A DNA stretch of 64,000 nt from Flavobacteriales bacterium. Its GTDB lineage: Bacteria; Bacteroidota; Bacteroidia; Flavobacteriales; BACL11. The translations under genes were made by a program, and so were the position numbers. The notes beneath the pieces were generated by a model. The model did not search any database. It was not told the origin of the DNA and saw only the letters and a program-made list of their open reading frames with translations. The DNA lies in contig JACNLP010000042.1 of NCBI GenBank assembly GCA_014381465.1, positions 40 to 64,039 of the forward strand, read 5' to 3'. Below are positions 18,194 through 28,182 of the stretch, piece by piece (positions within the stretch are counted from its first letter, which is position 1; each line of letters opens with the position of its first letter).

Positions 18194-19962
18194 TGATTGA
18201 AGAAATTTTAAAACCAGCAATAGAAAAATGTTTAGATGAATTATATTCGGCAACTGATCAAAGTATTCAGTTTCAAAAAACTCGTAAGGATTTTGAAGGG
18301 GATATTACTTTAGTAGTTTTTCCATTGTTGAGAGTTTCAAAAAAAGGTGCAGAACAAACTGCTAATCAAATAGGGGAATACCTAAAAGAAAAGGTGGTTG
18401 AGGTATCTGGTTTCAATGTAGTAAAAGGTTTTTTAAATTTAGAAATTACACAACAATATTGGTATAATCAGTTTGTGAGTGCTTATAATACTGCTGATTA
18501 TGGAACAGTAAAGGCTGATGAAAATGCACCTACTTATTTGGTGGAATATTCATCCCCAAACACGAATAAACCTTTGCATTTAGGACATATTCGTAATAAC
18601 CTGTTAGGCTATTCAGTTGCTGAAATTATTAAGGCAAGTGGTAAGAATATGAAGAAGGTACAAATCATTAATGATAGAGGAATTCACATCTGTAAGTCAA
18701 TGGTGGCTTGGCAAGATTTTGGGAATAATGAAACTCCTGAAAGTAGTGGTTTGAAAGGTGATCATCTGGTAGGAAAATACTATGTAGAGTTTGACAAGTA
18801 TTATAAAAAAGAAATTGCTGATTTGGTTGCTGATGGAATAGAGCAGAAAGAAGCTGAAAAACAAGCACCTATTTTTAAGAAGGCACAGGATATGCTAAGA
18901 AGTTGGGAGGCAAAAGAACCAGCTGTAATTGCACTCTGGGAAAAAATGAATGCTTGGGTGTATGATGGTTTTGCAAGTACTTATAGTAGGCTTGGGGTTG
19001 ATTTTGACAAGAACTATTATGAAAGTGATACTTATCTGCTAGGGAAAAAAGTGGTAGAAATTGGTCTTGAAAAAGGAGTGTTTTATAAAAAAGAAGATGG
19101 TTCGGTATGGATAGATTTATCAGCTGAAGGCTTGGATGAAAAAATCATTTTACGCTCAGATGGTACTGCTGTTTATATGACCCAAGATATTGGTACGGCT
19201 ATACAAAGGCATGAAGATTTTTCATTCTCAAATATGGCGTACACGGTAGGGAATGAACAAGATTATCATTTTAAGGTATTGTTTTTAATCCTTGATAAAT
19301 TAGGATATGATTGGGCAAAAAGCTGTTATCATTTATCGTATGGGATGGTGGACTTGCCGAGTGGAAAAATGAAATCGCGTGAAGGAACTGTTGTGGATGC
19401 TGATGATTTAATGGAGGAAATGGTAAGCACTGCAAAAGGTATTGCTAAGGAATTAGGAAAGCTTGATGGGATGACGGATAAGCAGGCAAATACACTTTAT
19501 GAAACAGTTGGTATGGGAGCATTAAAGTACTTTATGCTAAAGGTTGATCCTAGAAAGCGTATGCTTTTTGACCCTGAGGAATCAATTGACTTTAATGGAA
19601 ATACTGGGCCGTTCATTCAATATACTTATGCTCGTATTCAATCTGTTTTACGAAAATATAATAAGAAACAAACTATATTTGCAGAAGTAGAAATGACTGA
19701 AAAAGAAAAGGAGATTATAAAGCATTTAACTGATTTTCCTACCATTATTCAGGAGGCAGCTGATGGGTATAGTCCAGCTATGATTGCAAATTATATATAT
19801 GATTTGGTAAAAGAATTTAATGGATATTATCAGAGTACACCTATATTAAATGCAGATTCTGATGAATTAATATCTTTTCGAATTGCTTTATCAGGTTTGG
19901 TGGCAAGAGTAATAAAAACAGGAATGAAGCTTCTTGGGGTTTCCGTTCCAAATAGAATGTAA
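18193..19962 (+). CDS. argS: arginine--tRNA ligase
   Basis: Start at MIEEILKP overlaps the upstream stop (TAATG). HIGH motif SSPNTNKPLHLGHIRN, KMSK-type GKMKSREG, anticodon-binding C-terminus ending VPNRM. Confidence 0.95.
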   Translation: MIEEILKPAIEKCLDELYSATDQSIQFQKTRKDFEGDITLVVFPLLRVSKKGAEQTANQIGEYLKEKVVEVSGFNVVKGFLNLEITQQYWYNQFVSAYNTADYGTVKADENAPTYLVEYSSPNTNKPLHLGHIRNNLLGYSVAEIIKASGKNMKKVQIINDRGIHICKSMVAWQDFGNNETPESSGLKGDHLVGKYYVEFDKYYKKEIADLVADGIEQKEAEKQAPIFKKAQDMLRSWEAKEPAVIALWEKMNAWVYDGFASTYSRLGVDFDKNYYESDTYLLGKKVVEIGLEKGVFYKKEDGSVWIDLSAEGLDEKIILRSDGTAVYMTQDIGTAIQRHEDFSFSNMAYTVGNEQDYHFKVLFLILDKLGYDWAKSCYHLSYGMVDLPSGKMKSREGTVVDADDLMEEMVSTAKGIAKELGKLDGMTDKQANTLYETVGMGALKYFMLKVDPRKRMLFDPEESIDFNGNTGPFIQYTYARIQSVLRKYNKKQTIFAEVEMTEKEKEIIKHLTDFPTIIQEAADGYSPAMIANYIYDLVKEFNGYYQSTPILNADSDELISFRIALSGLVARVIKTGMKLLGVSVPNRM

Positions 19963-19964
19963 TT

Positions 19965-21308
19965 ATGTTTGAAAATTTATCAGAAAAATTAGAAAAGGCG
20001 TTTAAAGTTTTAAAAGGGCAAGGGAGTATCTCCGAAATAAATGTTGCCCAAACAATGAAAGAAATCCGAAAGGCACTTTTAGCTGCTGATGTGGATTTCA
20101 AAACTGCTAAATCATTTACCGCTAAGGTTAAGGAGAAAGCAATGGGGCAAAAGGTGCTTACTGCTGTTAATCCTGGACAGCTCTTAACCAAAATAATGCA
20201 AGATGAACTAGCAGAATTGATGGGTAGTGAGCAATCTGAAATCAATTTGAAAGGTTCTCCAACAGTTATTCTTATTGCTGGCTTACAAGGTAGTGGTAAA
20301 ACAACTTTTGCAGGTAAATTGGCATTACTCCTGAAAAGCAAAAAAAATAAACGCCCACTTTTAGTGGCTTGTGATGTGTATCGTCCTGCTGCTATTGATC
20401 AAATTGGAGTGTTGGCTGAGCAAGTGGGAGTAGAAGTTTTTCAAGATAGAGAAAATAAAAATCCGGTAGAAATTGCAAAAAATGCAATAAAGCATGCAAA
20501 AGCAAATGGGCACAATGTGGTGATTATTGATACTGCTGGTCGTTTGGCAGTTGATGAGAAAATGATGACAGAGATTGCTGCTATCAAATCGGCTGTTAAT
20601 CCTCATGAGATTTTGTTTGTTGTGGATTCCATGACTGGGCAAGATGCGGTAAATACGGCAAAAGCCTTTAATGATAAATTAAATTTTGATGGAGTTGTAT
20701 TAACAAAACTAGATGGTGATACAAGAGGTGGGGCTGCATTAACTATTCGCTCAGTTGTGGATAAACCCATTAAATTTATTGGGACTTCTGAAAAAATGGA
20801 TGGCTTAGATATATTCCATCCAGACAGAATGGCAAGTCGTATTTTAGGAATGGGAGATGTTATTTCATTGGTGGAGCGTGCTCAGCAACAATTTGATGAA
20901 GAAGAAGCAAGAAAAGTGCAGAAGAAAATTGCTAAAAATCAATTTGGATTTGATGATTTCTTAAAGCAAATCAATCAAATTAAAAAGATGGGAAATATGA
21001 AGGATTTGGTGGGGATGATTCCAGGAATGGGAAAAACCATGAAGGATGTAGATATTGATGATGATGCATTTAAAGGTATAGAAGCGATTATTCATTCAAT
21101 GACAAAAGAGGAAAGGCAAAACCCAAAAGTGCTAAACGGTAGTAGAAAAAAGAGAATTGCAACAGGTAGCGGAACTTCAGTTGTTGAGGTAAATCAACTA
21201 ATAAAGCAATTTAGTCAAATGGGTAAAATGATGAAAATGATGCAAGGAGGTGGAGCAAAACAGATGATGCAGATGATGAAGGGTAGAGGTGGAATGCCAG
21301 GAATGTAA
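19965..21308 (+). CDS. ffh: signal recognition particle protein Ffh
   Basis: GLQGSGKTT, DTAGR, TKLDGDTRGG, Met-rich M domain and tail MMKMMQGGG. Confidence 0.97.
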   Translation: MFENLSEKLEKAFKVLKGQGSISEINVAQTMKEIRKALLAADVDFKTAKSFTAKVKEKAMGQKVLTAVNPGQLLTKIMQDELAELMGSEQSEINLKGSPTVILIAGLQGSGKTTFAGKLALLLKSKKNKRPLLVACDVYRPAAIDQIGVLAEQVGVEVFQDRENKNPVEIAKNAIKHAKANGHNVVIIDTAGRLAVDEKMMTEIAAIKSAVNPHEILFVVDSMTGQDAVNTAKAFNDKLNFDGVVLTKLDGDTRGGAALTIRSVVDKPIKFIGTSEKMDGLDIFHPDRMASRILGMGDVISLVERAQQQFDEEEARKVQKKIAKNQFGFDDFLKQINQIKKMGNMKDLVGMIPGMGKTMKDVDIDDDAFKGIEAIIHSMTKEERQNPKVLNGSRKKRIATGSGTSVVEVNQLIKQFSQMGKMMKMMQGGGAKQMMQMMKGRGGMPGM

Positions 21309-21413
21309 TAATGAACTAATTTGATGATTAACAATGGTTCAAGATAGTTTAAGGATATTTATGTCATAAACTATTGAAACAAATTAGTGTCTAAACCATT
21401 TTTTTACGGTTAT

Positions 21414-21887
21414 TTATTGTAAGTTGTTATATTCTTTTATTTTTTTCCAAGTTAAACCTATTGAGGTACAATCGTTAGGGATAATAGCTTCTGTTCCCTC
21501 ATACCATTTATACCCATCTTCATCTCTAACAGTCCATATAAATGAAGTTGCAGATGCATCTTCCCATTCCATTGTAAAGTGTACAGCATCAGGGTCAATG
21601 GGAAAACAATCAGGCATATTTATAAACCCTAAATTTGCTTTTAGTGTTCCTAGATAATCTCCATCAATATAAATATCTAAGAAATTTACATTTTGAGCAT
21701 CAAAATATAAAGCTCCTGCTAGGTCTAAGTAGAAAACCACATCTGATTGGTAAAAACAACTACCATCATCAAAATCAGCAAATTTCTCGTAATTAATTGC
21801 CTCATAATCAGTACAACCACCAGTTTCTACTTCACATGAAGTAAACCCTATCATGCAAATTATTAAAATGTAAATTAACTTATTCAT
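21414..21887 (-). CDS. hypothetical lipoprotein
   Basis: Lipobox GFTSC; GCTDYEAINYEKFADFDDGSC motif common in Bacteroidota secreted proteins. Confidence 0.55.
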   Translation of the reverse strand: MNKLIYILIICMIGFTSCEVETGGCTDYEAINYEKFADFDDGSCFYQSDVVFYLDLAGALYFDAQNVNFLDIYIDGDYLGTLKANLGFINMPDCFPIDPDAVHFTMEWEDASATSFIWTVRDEDGYKWYEGTEAIIPNDCTSIGLTWKKIKEYNNLQ

Positions 21888-21907
21888 TTTATATTGTTTT
21901 TGAATGA

Positions 21908-22408
21908 TTAATAAATATCACACCAATATCCTTCTACCCAAAAGAATCCATGTGGAGTTTCTTCCCAATTTCCTTCATGCCAATGGAAGCCATGTCTTTC
22001 TCTTTCCCAAAATCCATCTACCCAAATATAAGTATGCCCACTCCAACTCCAAAAGCCGCTAATCCACACATGTCCTCTCCTGTTTAAAATAGGTTTCTTG
22101 TAATATCTTGGTCTGTTTGGTCTTTTAATAATAATATTATTTCTGTTTGACCTTACAATAACTTTTCCATTTCCATTATGATGAGAATTATGGCTGTTAT
22201 GCGAATTTACATGATTAGAGCTATGCGAGTTATGTCGATTAGTTTTAACAATCACTTTTTTGTTATTGTTCTTTATTATTTTTACCTTTTTATTACGCCC
22301 ATTATTTGTTTTTATAACAGTTTGTGCATTTAAAGTTGATAAAGTTAAACAACAAATAAATAGTGTAAATAAAATTTTGATAGTTTTCATGATTATTTTT
22401 TTTGACAA
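21908..22408 (-). CDS. secreted His/Asn/Ser-rich protein with C-terminal WxxGxW-type repeats
   Basis: Signal peptide; HNSHSSNHVNSHNSHNSHHNG; HVWISGFWSW, YIWVDGFWE, HWHEGNWE, FFWVEGYW. Confidence 0.55.
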   Translation of the reverse strand: MSKKIIMKTIKILFTLFICCLTLSTLNAQTVIKTNNGRNKKVKIIKNNNKKVIVKTNRHNSHSSNHVNSHNSHNSHHNGNGKVIVRSNRNNIIIKRPNRPRYYKKPILNRRGHVWISGFWSWSGHTYIWVDGFWERERHGFHWHEGNWEETPHGFFWVEGYWCDIY

Positions 22409-22422
22409 AGATATAAAAGAAT

Positions 22423-24501
22423 ATGAATTATTGGAATCAGTTACCTCTTTTCCGCTTATTAATCCCCTTAATTTCTGGAGTGCTTTGCAGTATTTTCTTT
22501 TCTGTAAATAAAGAGATAATCGTTTTATTTTTAACGTTCTTTTTTCTGTTGTTTTCTCTTGTTTTTGTTCTTAAAAAATCAACCAATAAATACCGAAACA
22601 GATGGATGTTTGGCTTTTCGGTTTATCTTTTACTTTTTGCTTTTTCAATGTTTGTTACCTCTAATTATCAGAGTATTGATAAGGAAAATCACTTTGCACA
22701 AAAGCAAAGTAATTATTGCATTATTAAATTATTGGAAGATGCTATAAAAAAGGATAAATCGGTAAAAATTAAGGTGCAAATAATAGCAATAAATGATAGC
22801 AGTAGTTTTACTAATACAATAGGAAATGCCATTGTTTATTTAGAAAAAGACAGCAGTTCTTTAAAATTAAAATATGGCGATAAACTGATTGTAAAATCTG
22901 CCTGGAAAGAAATAGATAAACCCACAAATCCAGCACAATTTGATTACAAAAAATACTTGTCAAATTCTGATATTTTTCATCAACAATATCTTTCCAAATC
23001 GCATTGGAAAATGTTTGAAAAACAAAAAGGATTTTCTGTTAGGGCAACAGCTTTTTTGTGGCAAAAACACCTTTTAGATGTGCTGAAATCACATCAATTT
23101 AAACAACAAGAATTGGCGGTCTCATCTGCTCTTTTACTAGGGTATAAGGATATGTTGGATAGAGATACTATCCTTACTTATTCTAGCTCAGGAGCCATGC
23201 ATGTTTTGGCAGTATCTGGATTGCATGTTGGAATTATTTATTTGGTAATAAGTTCCTTATTGTTCTTTTTCGATAAAATAAAATACGGCAACTACATAAA
23301 AGCATTTTTGCTTATAATTGCCCTCTGGGCTTATGCCTTTCTTACGGGTTTATCGCCCTCTGTTTTGCGTGCAGCCACAATGTTTTCCTTTGTTACAATT
23401 GGTACATCCTTAAAAAGGCAAACTAATATCTATAATACTTTGGCGGCATCTGCTTTTGTTTTGATTTTATACAATCCGTATATTATCTTGAAAGTAGGTT
23501 TTCAGCTTTCTTATTTTGCCGTTTTGGGTATAGTGTATTTGCAACCCAAATTGTATAATTTGTATAGAACTTCCAATTGGCTACTAGATAAAATTTGGGC
23601 AATTACAACCGTTTCCATTGCGGCACAATTGGCTACTTTTCCTTTGGGGATGTACTATTTTCATCAGTTTCCAAATTACTTTTTGCTTTCAAATTTGTTT
23701 GTAATTCCATTGGCTACTTTTATTATTAATGGCGGTATTTTGCTCTTTCTTATAAGTGCCATTCCTATTATTCCCCAATATATTGCATGGGTGGTAAATA
23801 AGATGCTCCTTTTCTTGAATTTTTCTGTTGAATGGGTGGATTCCTTACCCTTTTCTTTAACGCTTGGCATCAGTATTTCTGCTCTGGAAACTTTGCTGAT
23901 TTATGGTATTATTTTACTGATGATTCCCTCTATCATTAATAGAAATTGGAAAGGAATTAAAGTGGCATTGTTACTTTCTGTTTTGCTTATAAGTTTTCAA
24001 ATTTATGAAAAAGTAACTTTACAAAATCAGCAATATTTTATAGTATATGATGTAAAAGGAGAACGAGCAATTGACTTTGTTGATGGTGATAAAAACTACT
24101 TTATTACATCTGAAAATTTAGCTAATGATCAAAGTAAAATGCGATTTCATATTATGCATTATAGATGGGAGAGGAGAGTGAAGAAATCAACTTTGATTCC
24201 TAAGATATTTGAAGCTAATAATTATTTTAGAGATGGAAATTTTGTTCAATATTTTGATAAGGAGATTTTGCTTTGGGATAAGGATTTTAGACAGCCAATT
24301 ACTCCTTTAGCATTTGACTATATTATTGTATCATCAAATGTAAATGTTGATTTTAAAAATATTAAGTGTAACCAACTTATTATTGATTCTTCAGTTTCTT
24401 ATTATAAAAAAGAGCAAATAAAAAAGGAATGCCTTAAATGGGACATTCCTTTTTATGATGTAAGTACAGAGGGTGCTTTTATTTTCTCTTTCTATCAATA
24501 A
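22423..24501 (+). CDS. comEC: ComEC/Rec2 family DNA internalisation channel protein
   Basis: Polytopic membrane protein with the competence-domain motif SSSGAMHVLAVSGLHVG. Confidence 0.85.
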   Translation: MNYWNQLPLFRLLIPLISGVLCSIFFSVNKEIIVLFLTFFFLLFSLVFVLKKSTNKYRNRWMFGFSVYLLLFAFSMFVTSNYQSIDKENHFAQKQSNYCIIKLLEDAIKKDKSVKIKVQIIAINDSSSFTNTIGNAIVYLEKDSSSLKLKYGDKLIVKSAWKEIDKPTNPAQFDYKKYLSNSDIFHQQYLSKSHWKMFEKQKGFSVRATAFLWQKHLLDVLKSHQFKQQELAVSSALLLGYKDMLDRDTILTYSSSGAMHVLAVSGLHVGIIYLVISSLLFFFDKIKYGNYIKAFLLIIALWAYAFLTGLSPSVLRAATMFSFVTIGTSLKRQTNIYNTLAASAFVLILYNPYIILKVGFQLSYFAVLGIVYLQPKLYNLYRTSNWLLDKIWAITTVSIAAQLATFPLGMYYFHQFPNYFLLSNLFVIPLATFIINGGILLFLISAIPIIPQYIAWVVNKMLLFLNFSVEWVDSLPFSLTLGISISALETLLIYGIILLMIPSIINRNWKGIKVALLLSVLLISFQIYEKVTLQNQQYFIVYDVKGERAIDFVDGDKNYFITSENLANDQSKMRFHIMHYRWERRVKKSTLIPKIFEANNYFRDGNFVQYFDKEILLWDKDFRQPITPLAFDYIIVSSNVNVDFKNIKCNQLIIDSSVSYYKKEQIKKECLKWDIPFYDVSTEGAFIFSFYQ
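24423..24443. repeat. 21-bp direct repeat, copy 1 (inside comEC 3' end)
   Basis: AAAGGAATGCCTTAAATGGGA is identical to 25131..25151. Here it forms AGGAATG-N12-CATTCCT followed by TTTTT. Confidence 0.85.
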
Positions 24502-25087
24502 ATGATTGAAAGAATAATTTACCACTATTCTGTATAAGTTTAGAGTTATTATCGTTTTCTGCTATAATATTACTTCTTTTCCATTTTATAGTTTCATTCC
24601 ATGTCTCGAAATAAACAGTATCATTATTTGTGTCCCAATAGTCAGTCATAGTGTCTTCTTCTGCTATATTTATTGTAAGATTTGAAGATGTTAATGATAT
24701 AATTGAAAAAATGTTGTTTGTGTCAATCGTTAGTGTATTTCCGTTCTTTTCCCAGATAGTAGTATCAATATCTGTATACCCATCAGTATCAACAAAAGTA
24801 CCTATTAATGTTTGATTTTCTTTAAAGTTCCAATTCAATGATTCAATTCCCCATGAAGTATCTCCAGGAGTAATTGTTTCACTTTCTGTATCAGTAATTA
24901 CTTTTGTTCCATTTGGATAGCCCCCAGCATAATATCCAGATGAAGCATTCCAAACAACCTCAGTGAGGTCCCAACTCCCTACAATTGAAGCTGAAGTGTT
25001 GTTGCCACTATTAGGGCTTTCATCCTCTTTCTTACAAGCAGCAAAAATAATAGAAACTGCTAATATTGTGTAAAACATTTTTTTCAT
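24479..25087 (-). CDS. lipocalin-like lipoprotein, unknown function
   Basis: Lipobox FAAC; SIVGSWDLTEV and GNTLTI are typical of small lipocalin-like Bacteroidota lipoproteins. Confidence 0.5.
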   Translation of the reverse strand: MKKMFYTILAVSIIFAACKKEDESPNSGNNTSASIVGSWDLTEVVWNASSGYYAGGYPNGTKVITDTESETITPGDTSWGIESLNWNFKENQTLIGTFVDTDGYTDIDTTIWEKNGNTLTIDTNNIFSIISLTSSNLTINIAEEDTMTDYWDTNNDTVYFETWNETIKWKRSNIIAENDNNSKLIQNSGKLFFQSFIDRKRK

Positions 25088-25130
25088 AATTAAATATGTA
25101 TTGGTTAATTATAGCAAATATATATAAAAT

Positions 25131-25151
25131 AAAGGAATGCCTTAAATGGGA
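25131..25151. repeat. 21-bp direct repeat, copy 2 (intergenic)
   Basis: AAAGGAATGCCTTAAATGGGA is identical to 24423..24443. Confidence 0.85.
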
Positions 25152-25183
25152 AGCATTAGGTAGTGTAGTATCAAAAAAATGCG

Positions 25184-26122
25184 TTAACTCTTTTTCCATT
25201 CTTTTTGCTCTTTTTCATCTAAGAAACTCCAAATTACAATCCTACTTATTTTGTTAGCTGTACCCATATTTACAGTTCTTACTTCAGTTGCTTCAACTTC
25301 TTGTAATTGTTTGTAAATTCCATCAAGGTTTTTCTTATTAGAAACCAAAGTAGTAAACCACATGCATTTACTTTTGTATTTTACACTTTCAGCAATCATA
25401 TTGTGTATGAACTGTTTCTCGCCACCAGCAAAAACCAATTCATTTGCAGCACCTGAAAAGTTAAGTTGAACTTTTTTACTCCTTTTTCCTGTAAGTCTTC
25501 TTACTTTTCGCATACTCCCTTTTAGTGCCTCTTTTTTAGAAGAGTGAAAAGGAGGGTTGCAGATAGAAACATCAATTTTATCTTTCGGTTTTATAACTGT
25601 TTTAAAGATGTTGTTAAGGTCCTTTTGTATTCTGAATTTTACTTTCCCTTTTAAGCTAGGATTAGATTTTACAATCTCTTTGGCAGTAGCAATTGAATCA
25701 ACATCAACATCAGATGCAATGAAATTCCAATTGTATTCACTTATCCCAAGTACAGGATAAATGCAATTAGCACCAACACCAATATCTAAACAAGTAATAT
25801 CTTCTTTATCTCCAAGTAGGTCAGCCATATAATGTATGTAATCTGCTCTTCCTGGTATTGGAGGACATAAGTTTGTGTCAGGAAAATCCCAATTTTCTAT
25901 CCCATAATAATGATGCAGTAATGCTTTGTTAAGTACTTTTACTGCAGCAGGATCAGAGAATTGTATAGAATCCTCTCCATATTTATTTGGCTTAATATGT
26001 TTCTCTAATTCAGGTCTAATTTTTATAAGTTCTGATAAATCATATTGCTCCCTGTTTTTATTATTTGGGTGCAAATTTGTTTTTATAGTACTTCTTACTT
26101 CTTGTTTTTCTTCTTTTTCCAT
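25184..26122 (-). CDS. rlmF: 23S rRNA (adenine1618-N6)-methyltransferase
   Basis: PPIPGRADYIHYMADLL, LDIGVGANCIYP, catalytic ICNPPFH. Confidence 0.85.
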   Translation of the reverse strand: MEKEEKQEVRSTIKTNLHPNNKNREQYDLSELIKIRPELEKHIKPNKYGEDSIQFSDPAAVKVLNKALLHHYYGIENWDFPDTNLCPPIPGRADYIHYMADLLGDKEDITCLDIGVGANCIYPVLGISEYNWNFIASDVDVDSIATAKEIVKSNPSLKGKVKFRIQKDLNNIFKTVIKPKDKIDVSICNPPFHSSKKEALKGSMRKVRRLTGKRSKKVQLNFSGAANELVFAGGEKQFIHNMIAESVKYKSKCMWFTTLVSNKKNLDGIYKQLQEVEATEVRTVNMGTANKISRIVIWSFLDEKEQKEWKKS

Positions 26123-26463
26123 TATGCTTTTCTTACAAATTCTGATTTTAATTGCATATTCCCAAATCCATCAATTTTACAGTTGATGTCATGTTCTCCT
26201 TCAGTTAGGCGAATATTCTTTACTTTAGTACCTGATTTAATTGGTTTTGGAGCACCTTTTACGGGTAAATTTTTGATAACAATAACGCTATCTCCAGTTT
26301 GTAAACGAGTACCATTGCTATCAAATACTTGTAATCCGCTTTCTAATGCTACTTCTTTTGGGTTCCATTCATGCGAACATTCTGGGCAAGTAAAGGCATC
26401 TTCTCCAGTAGAATATCCATAAGGACATTCGCAAACAGGACAAGCTTTCATTTCTTCTGACAT
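26122..26463 (-). CDS. phnA: zinc-ribbon protein PhnA/YjdM
   Basis: CPVCECPYGY...CPECSHEW zinc ribbon plus C-terminal KNLPVKG...IRL..GEHDI.CKIDG. Confidence 0.85.
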   Translation of the reverse strand: MSEEMKACPVCECPYGYSTGEDAFTCPECSHEWNPKEVALESGLQVFDSNGTRLQTGDSVIVIKNLPVKGAPKPIKSGTKVKNIRLTEGEHDINCKIDGFGNMQLKSEFVRKA

Positions 26464-26469
26464 AGTCTT

Positions 26470-28161
26470 TTATATTTTTGAATTCGTAATTTTCATAATT
26501 TCATCTTCTTGGGCACAAGCATCATCAACTAATTGTTCACCTCTTTCTAGTATATCGGCAACAAAGGCTTTATCCTCACAATCCCCACAATTAATTTTTA
26601 CATTAAGGAAAGCACCAATTACAGCAGTTCGAGCACACAATGCACCTACTCCAGCATCCGTTACTGAGTTAGGATTTCCAAAGTCCGCCATAGCTTTCAT
26701 TACTTCCATAGAATTATAAGCAGTCTCCATAACCTTGAAAGGAGTAAGGATAGCATATTTTGTAGCTTCTTGTATTGCATTATGTCTAATCGTTTTAGCC
26801 TCTTCACTATCTTTAGGTAAACGGAATGCATCCATAATTTTATTGAAGGCATTGGTATCTTCATCTACTAAATCCAGAAGTGTTCTTTGGTATTCCATTC
26901 CTTTTTCTGCCCAATTAGAAAATTCTTCCCATCTATCATCCCAACCTCTTTTATGTGCAGAAAGGTTAGCAACCATAACTCCTAATGAAACTCCCATAGT
27001 GCCACAATATGCTGATATAGAACCACCACCAGGAGCAGGACTTTCACTTGCTGTTTCATCTGCAAAATCAGTAAGTGTCATGTTTACTAAAGGTTTGTTT
27101 GCATCCGCCTCCAACATATATTCGATTATTCTTTCCTCAGGATTAAAAGGTGCTAACTCATCCAATCCTAAAGTTTTAATTGCAATTTTTATAATTTCAC
27201 TTTCGTGTATTCCTGTTGATCGTTCTTGTTTTTTAAGGAAATGTTTCCCTGCATCAATCAATACTTTTTTAGGAACTAAACCAACTAATTCTGATCCTGT
27301 AACACGCATTCCTCTTGCTATTGCTCTCTCACAAGTTTTATCGAATACCTCATGTAAAGGCGAAATATTGATGTTTGTTAGGTTGTAGGAAATTTGTGCT
27401 ACACCATATTCATCAATAAACCAACCAATTCCTTTTACGGCTTTAAATAATCCTGGCGTTTTTAGTGGGTTTCCATCTGCATCTTTCATTACCTTTCCTG
27501 ATAATGTATCGCCTTCTCTTTTTATTCTTCCAGCTTCACGAATGTCAAAAGCTACTGCATTTGCTCTTCTTGTTGAAGTAGTATTTAGGTTGATGTTGTA
27601 AGCTACTAAAAAGTCACGAGCTGAAATTCCTGTTGCTCCTGATTTTTCAACTGAGGCATTAAATTCAGCAGGGCCAAAATCTGGTTTCCAATCTGTATCC
27701 ACTAATTTTTTTGATAATCCTTCATATTCTCCTTGTCTGCAATTTGCAAGGTTTACTCTTTTTTCTTCCTTTGCAGCTGCTTCATAATGATAAACAGGAA
27801 TCCCAAGTTCATTTCCAACTCTTTCTCCTAATTTATGTGCCCAATCTGCACATTCTTCCATGCTTATATTTGCAATTGGTACAAGCGGACAAACATCAGT
27901 AGCACCCATTCTTGGATGTTCACCTGAGTGTTTGCTCATGTCAATTAGTTCCTGTGCTTTTTGTATCAGTAAAAATGCTGCATCAATTACTTGTTGTGGC
28001 TCTCCTACAAAGGTAATTACTGTTCGGTTAGTTGCTTTTCCAGGATCAACATTTAGGAGTTTCACTCCATCAATTTCCTCCACAATTTGTGAGATAATTC
28101 TTATTTTATCTTCATCTCGTCCTTCTGAAATGTTAGGTACACATTCTATTATTTGTTTCAT
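26470..28161 (-). CDS. ftcD: bifunctional glutamate formimidoyltransferase / formimidoyltetrahydrofolate cyclodeaminase
   Basis: N-terminus IECVPNISEGRD, HPRMGATDVCP; C-terminal cyclodeaminase part SESPAPGGGSISAYCG. Confidence 0.88.
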   Translation of the reverse strand: MKQIIECVPNISEGRDEDKIRIISQIVEEIDGVKLLNVDPGKATNRTVITFVGEPQQVIDAAFLLIQKAQELIDMSKHSGEHPRMGATDVCPLVPIANISMEECADWAHKLGERVGNELGIPVYHYEAAAKEEKRVNLANCRQGEYEGLSKKLVDTDWKPDFGPAEFNASVEKSGATGISARDFLVAYNINLNTTSTRRANAVAFDIREAGRIKREGDTLSGKVMKDADGNPLKTPGLFKAVKGIGWFIDEYGVAQISYNLTNINISPLHEVFDKTCERAIARGMRVTGSELVGLVPKKVLIDAGKHFLKKQERSTGIHESEIIKIAIKTLGLDELAPFNPEERIIEYMLEADANKPLVNMTLTDFADETASESPAPGGGSISAYCGTMGVSLGVMVANLSAHKRGWDDRWEEFSNWAEKGMEYQRTLLDLVDEDTNAFNKIMDAFRLPKDSEEAKTIRHNAIQEATKYAILTPFKVMETAYNSMEVMKAMADFGNPNSVTDAGVGALCARTAVIGAFLNVKINCGDCEDKAFVADILERGEQLVDDACAQEDEIMKITNSKI

Positions 28162-28182
28162 GTTTTAAGATTTTAAGTAGTT

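Noticed and set aside
26735-27388. 217-aa plus-strand ORF
   Set aside because: It is antisense to the well-supported ftcD gene and has no motifs. The same reasoning applies to 17483..18007, 19841..20341, 20361..20642, 26045..26422, 27860..28168, 13761..14063 and the other short antisense ORFs in the track.
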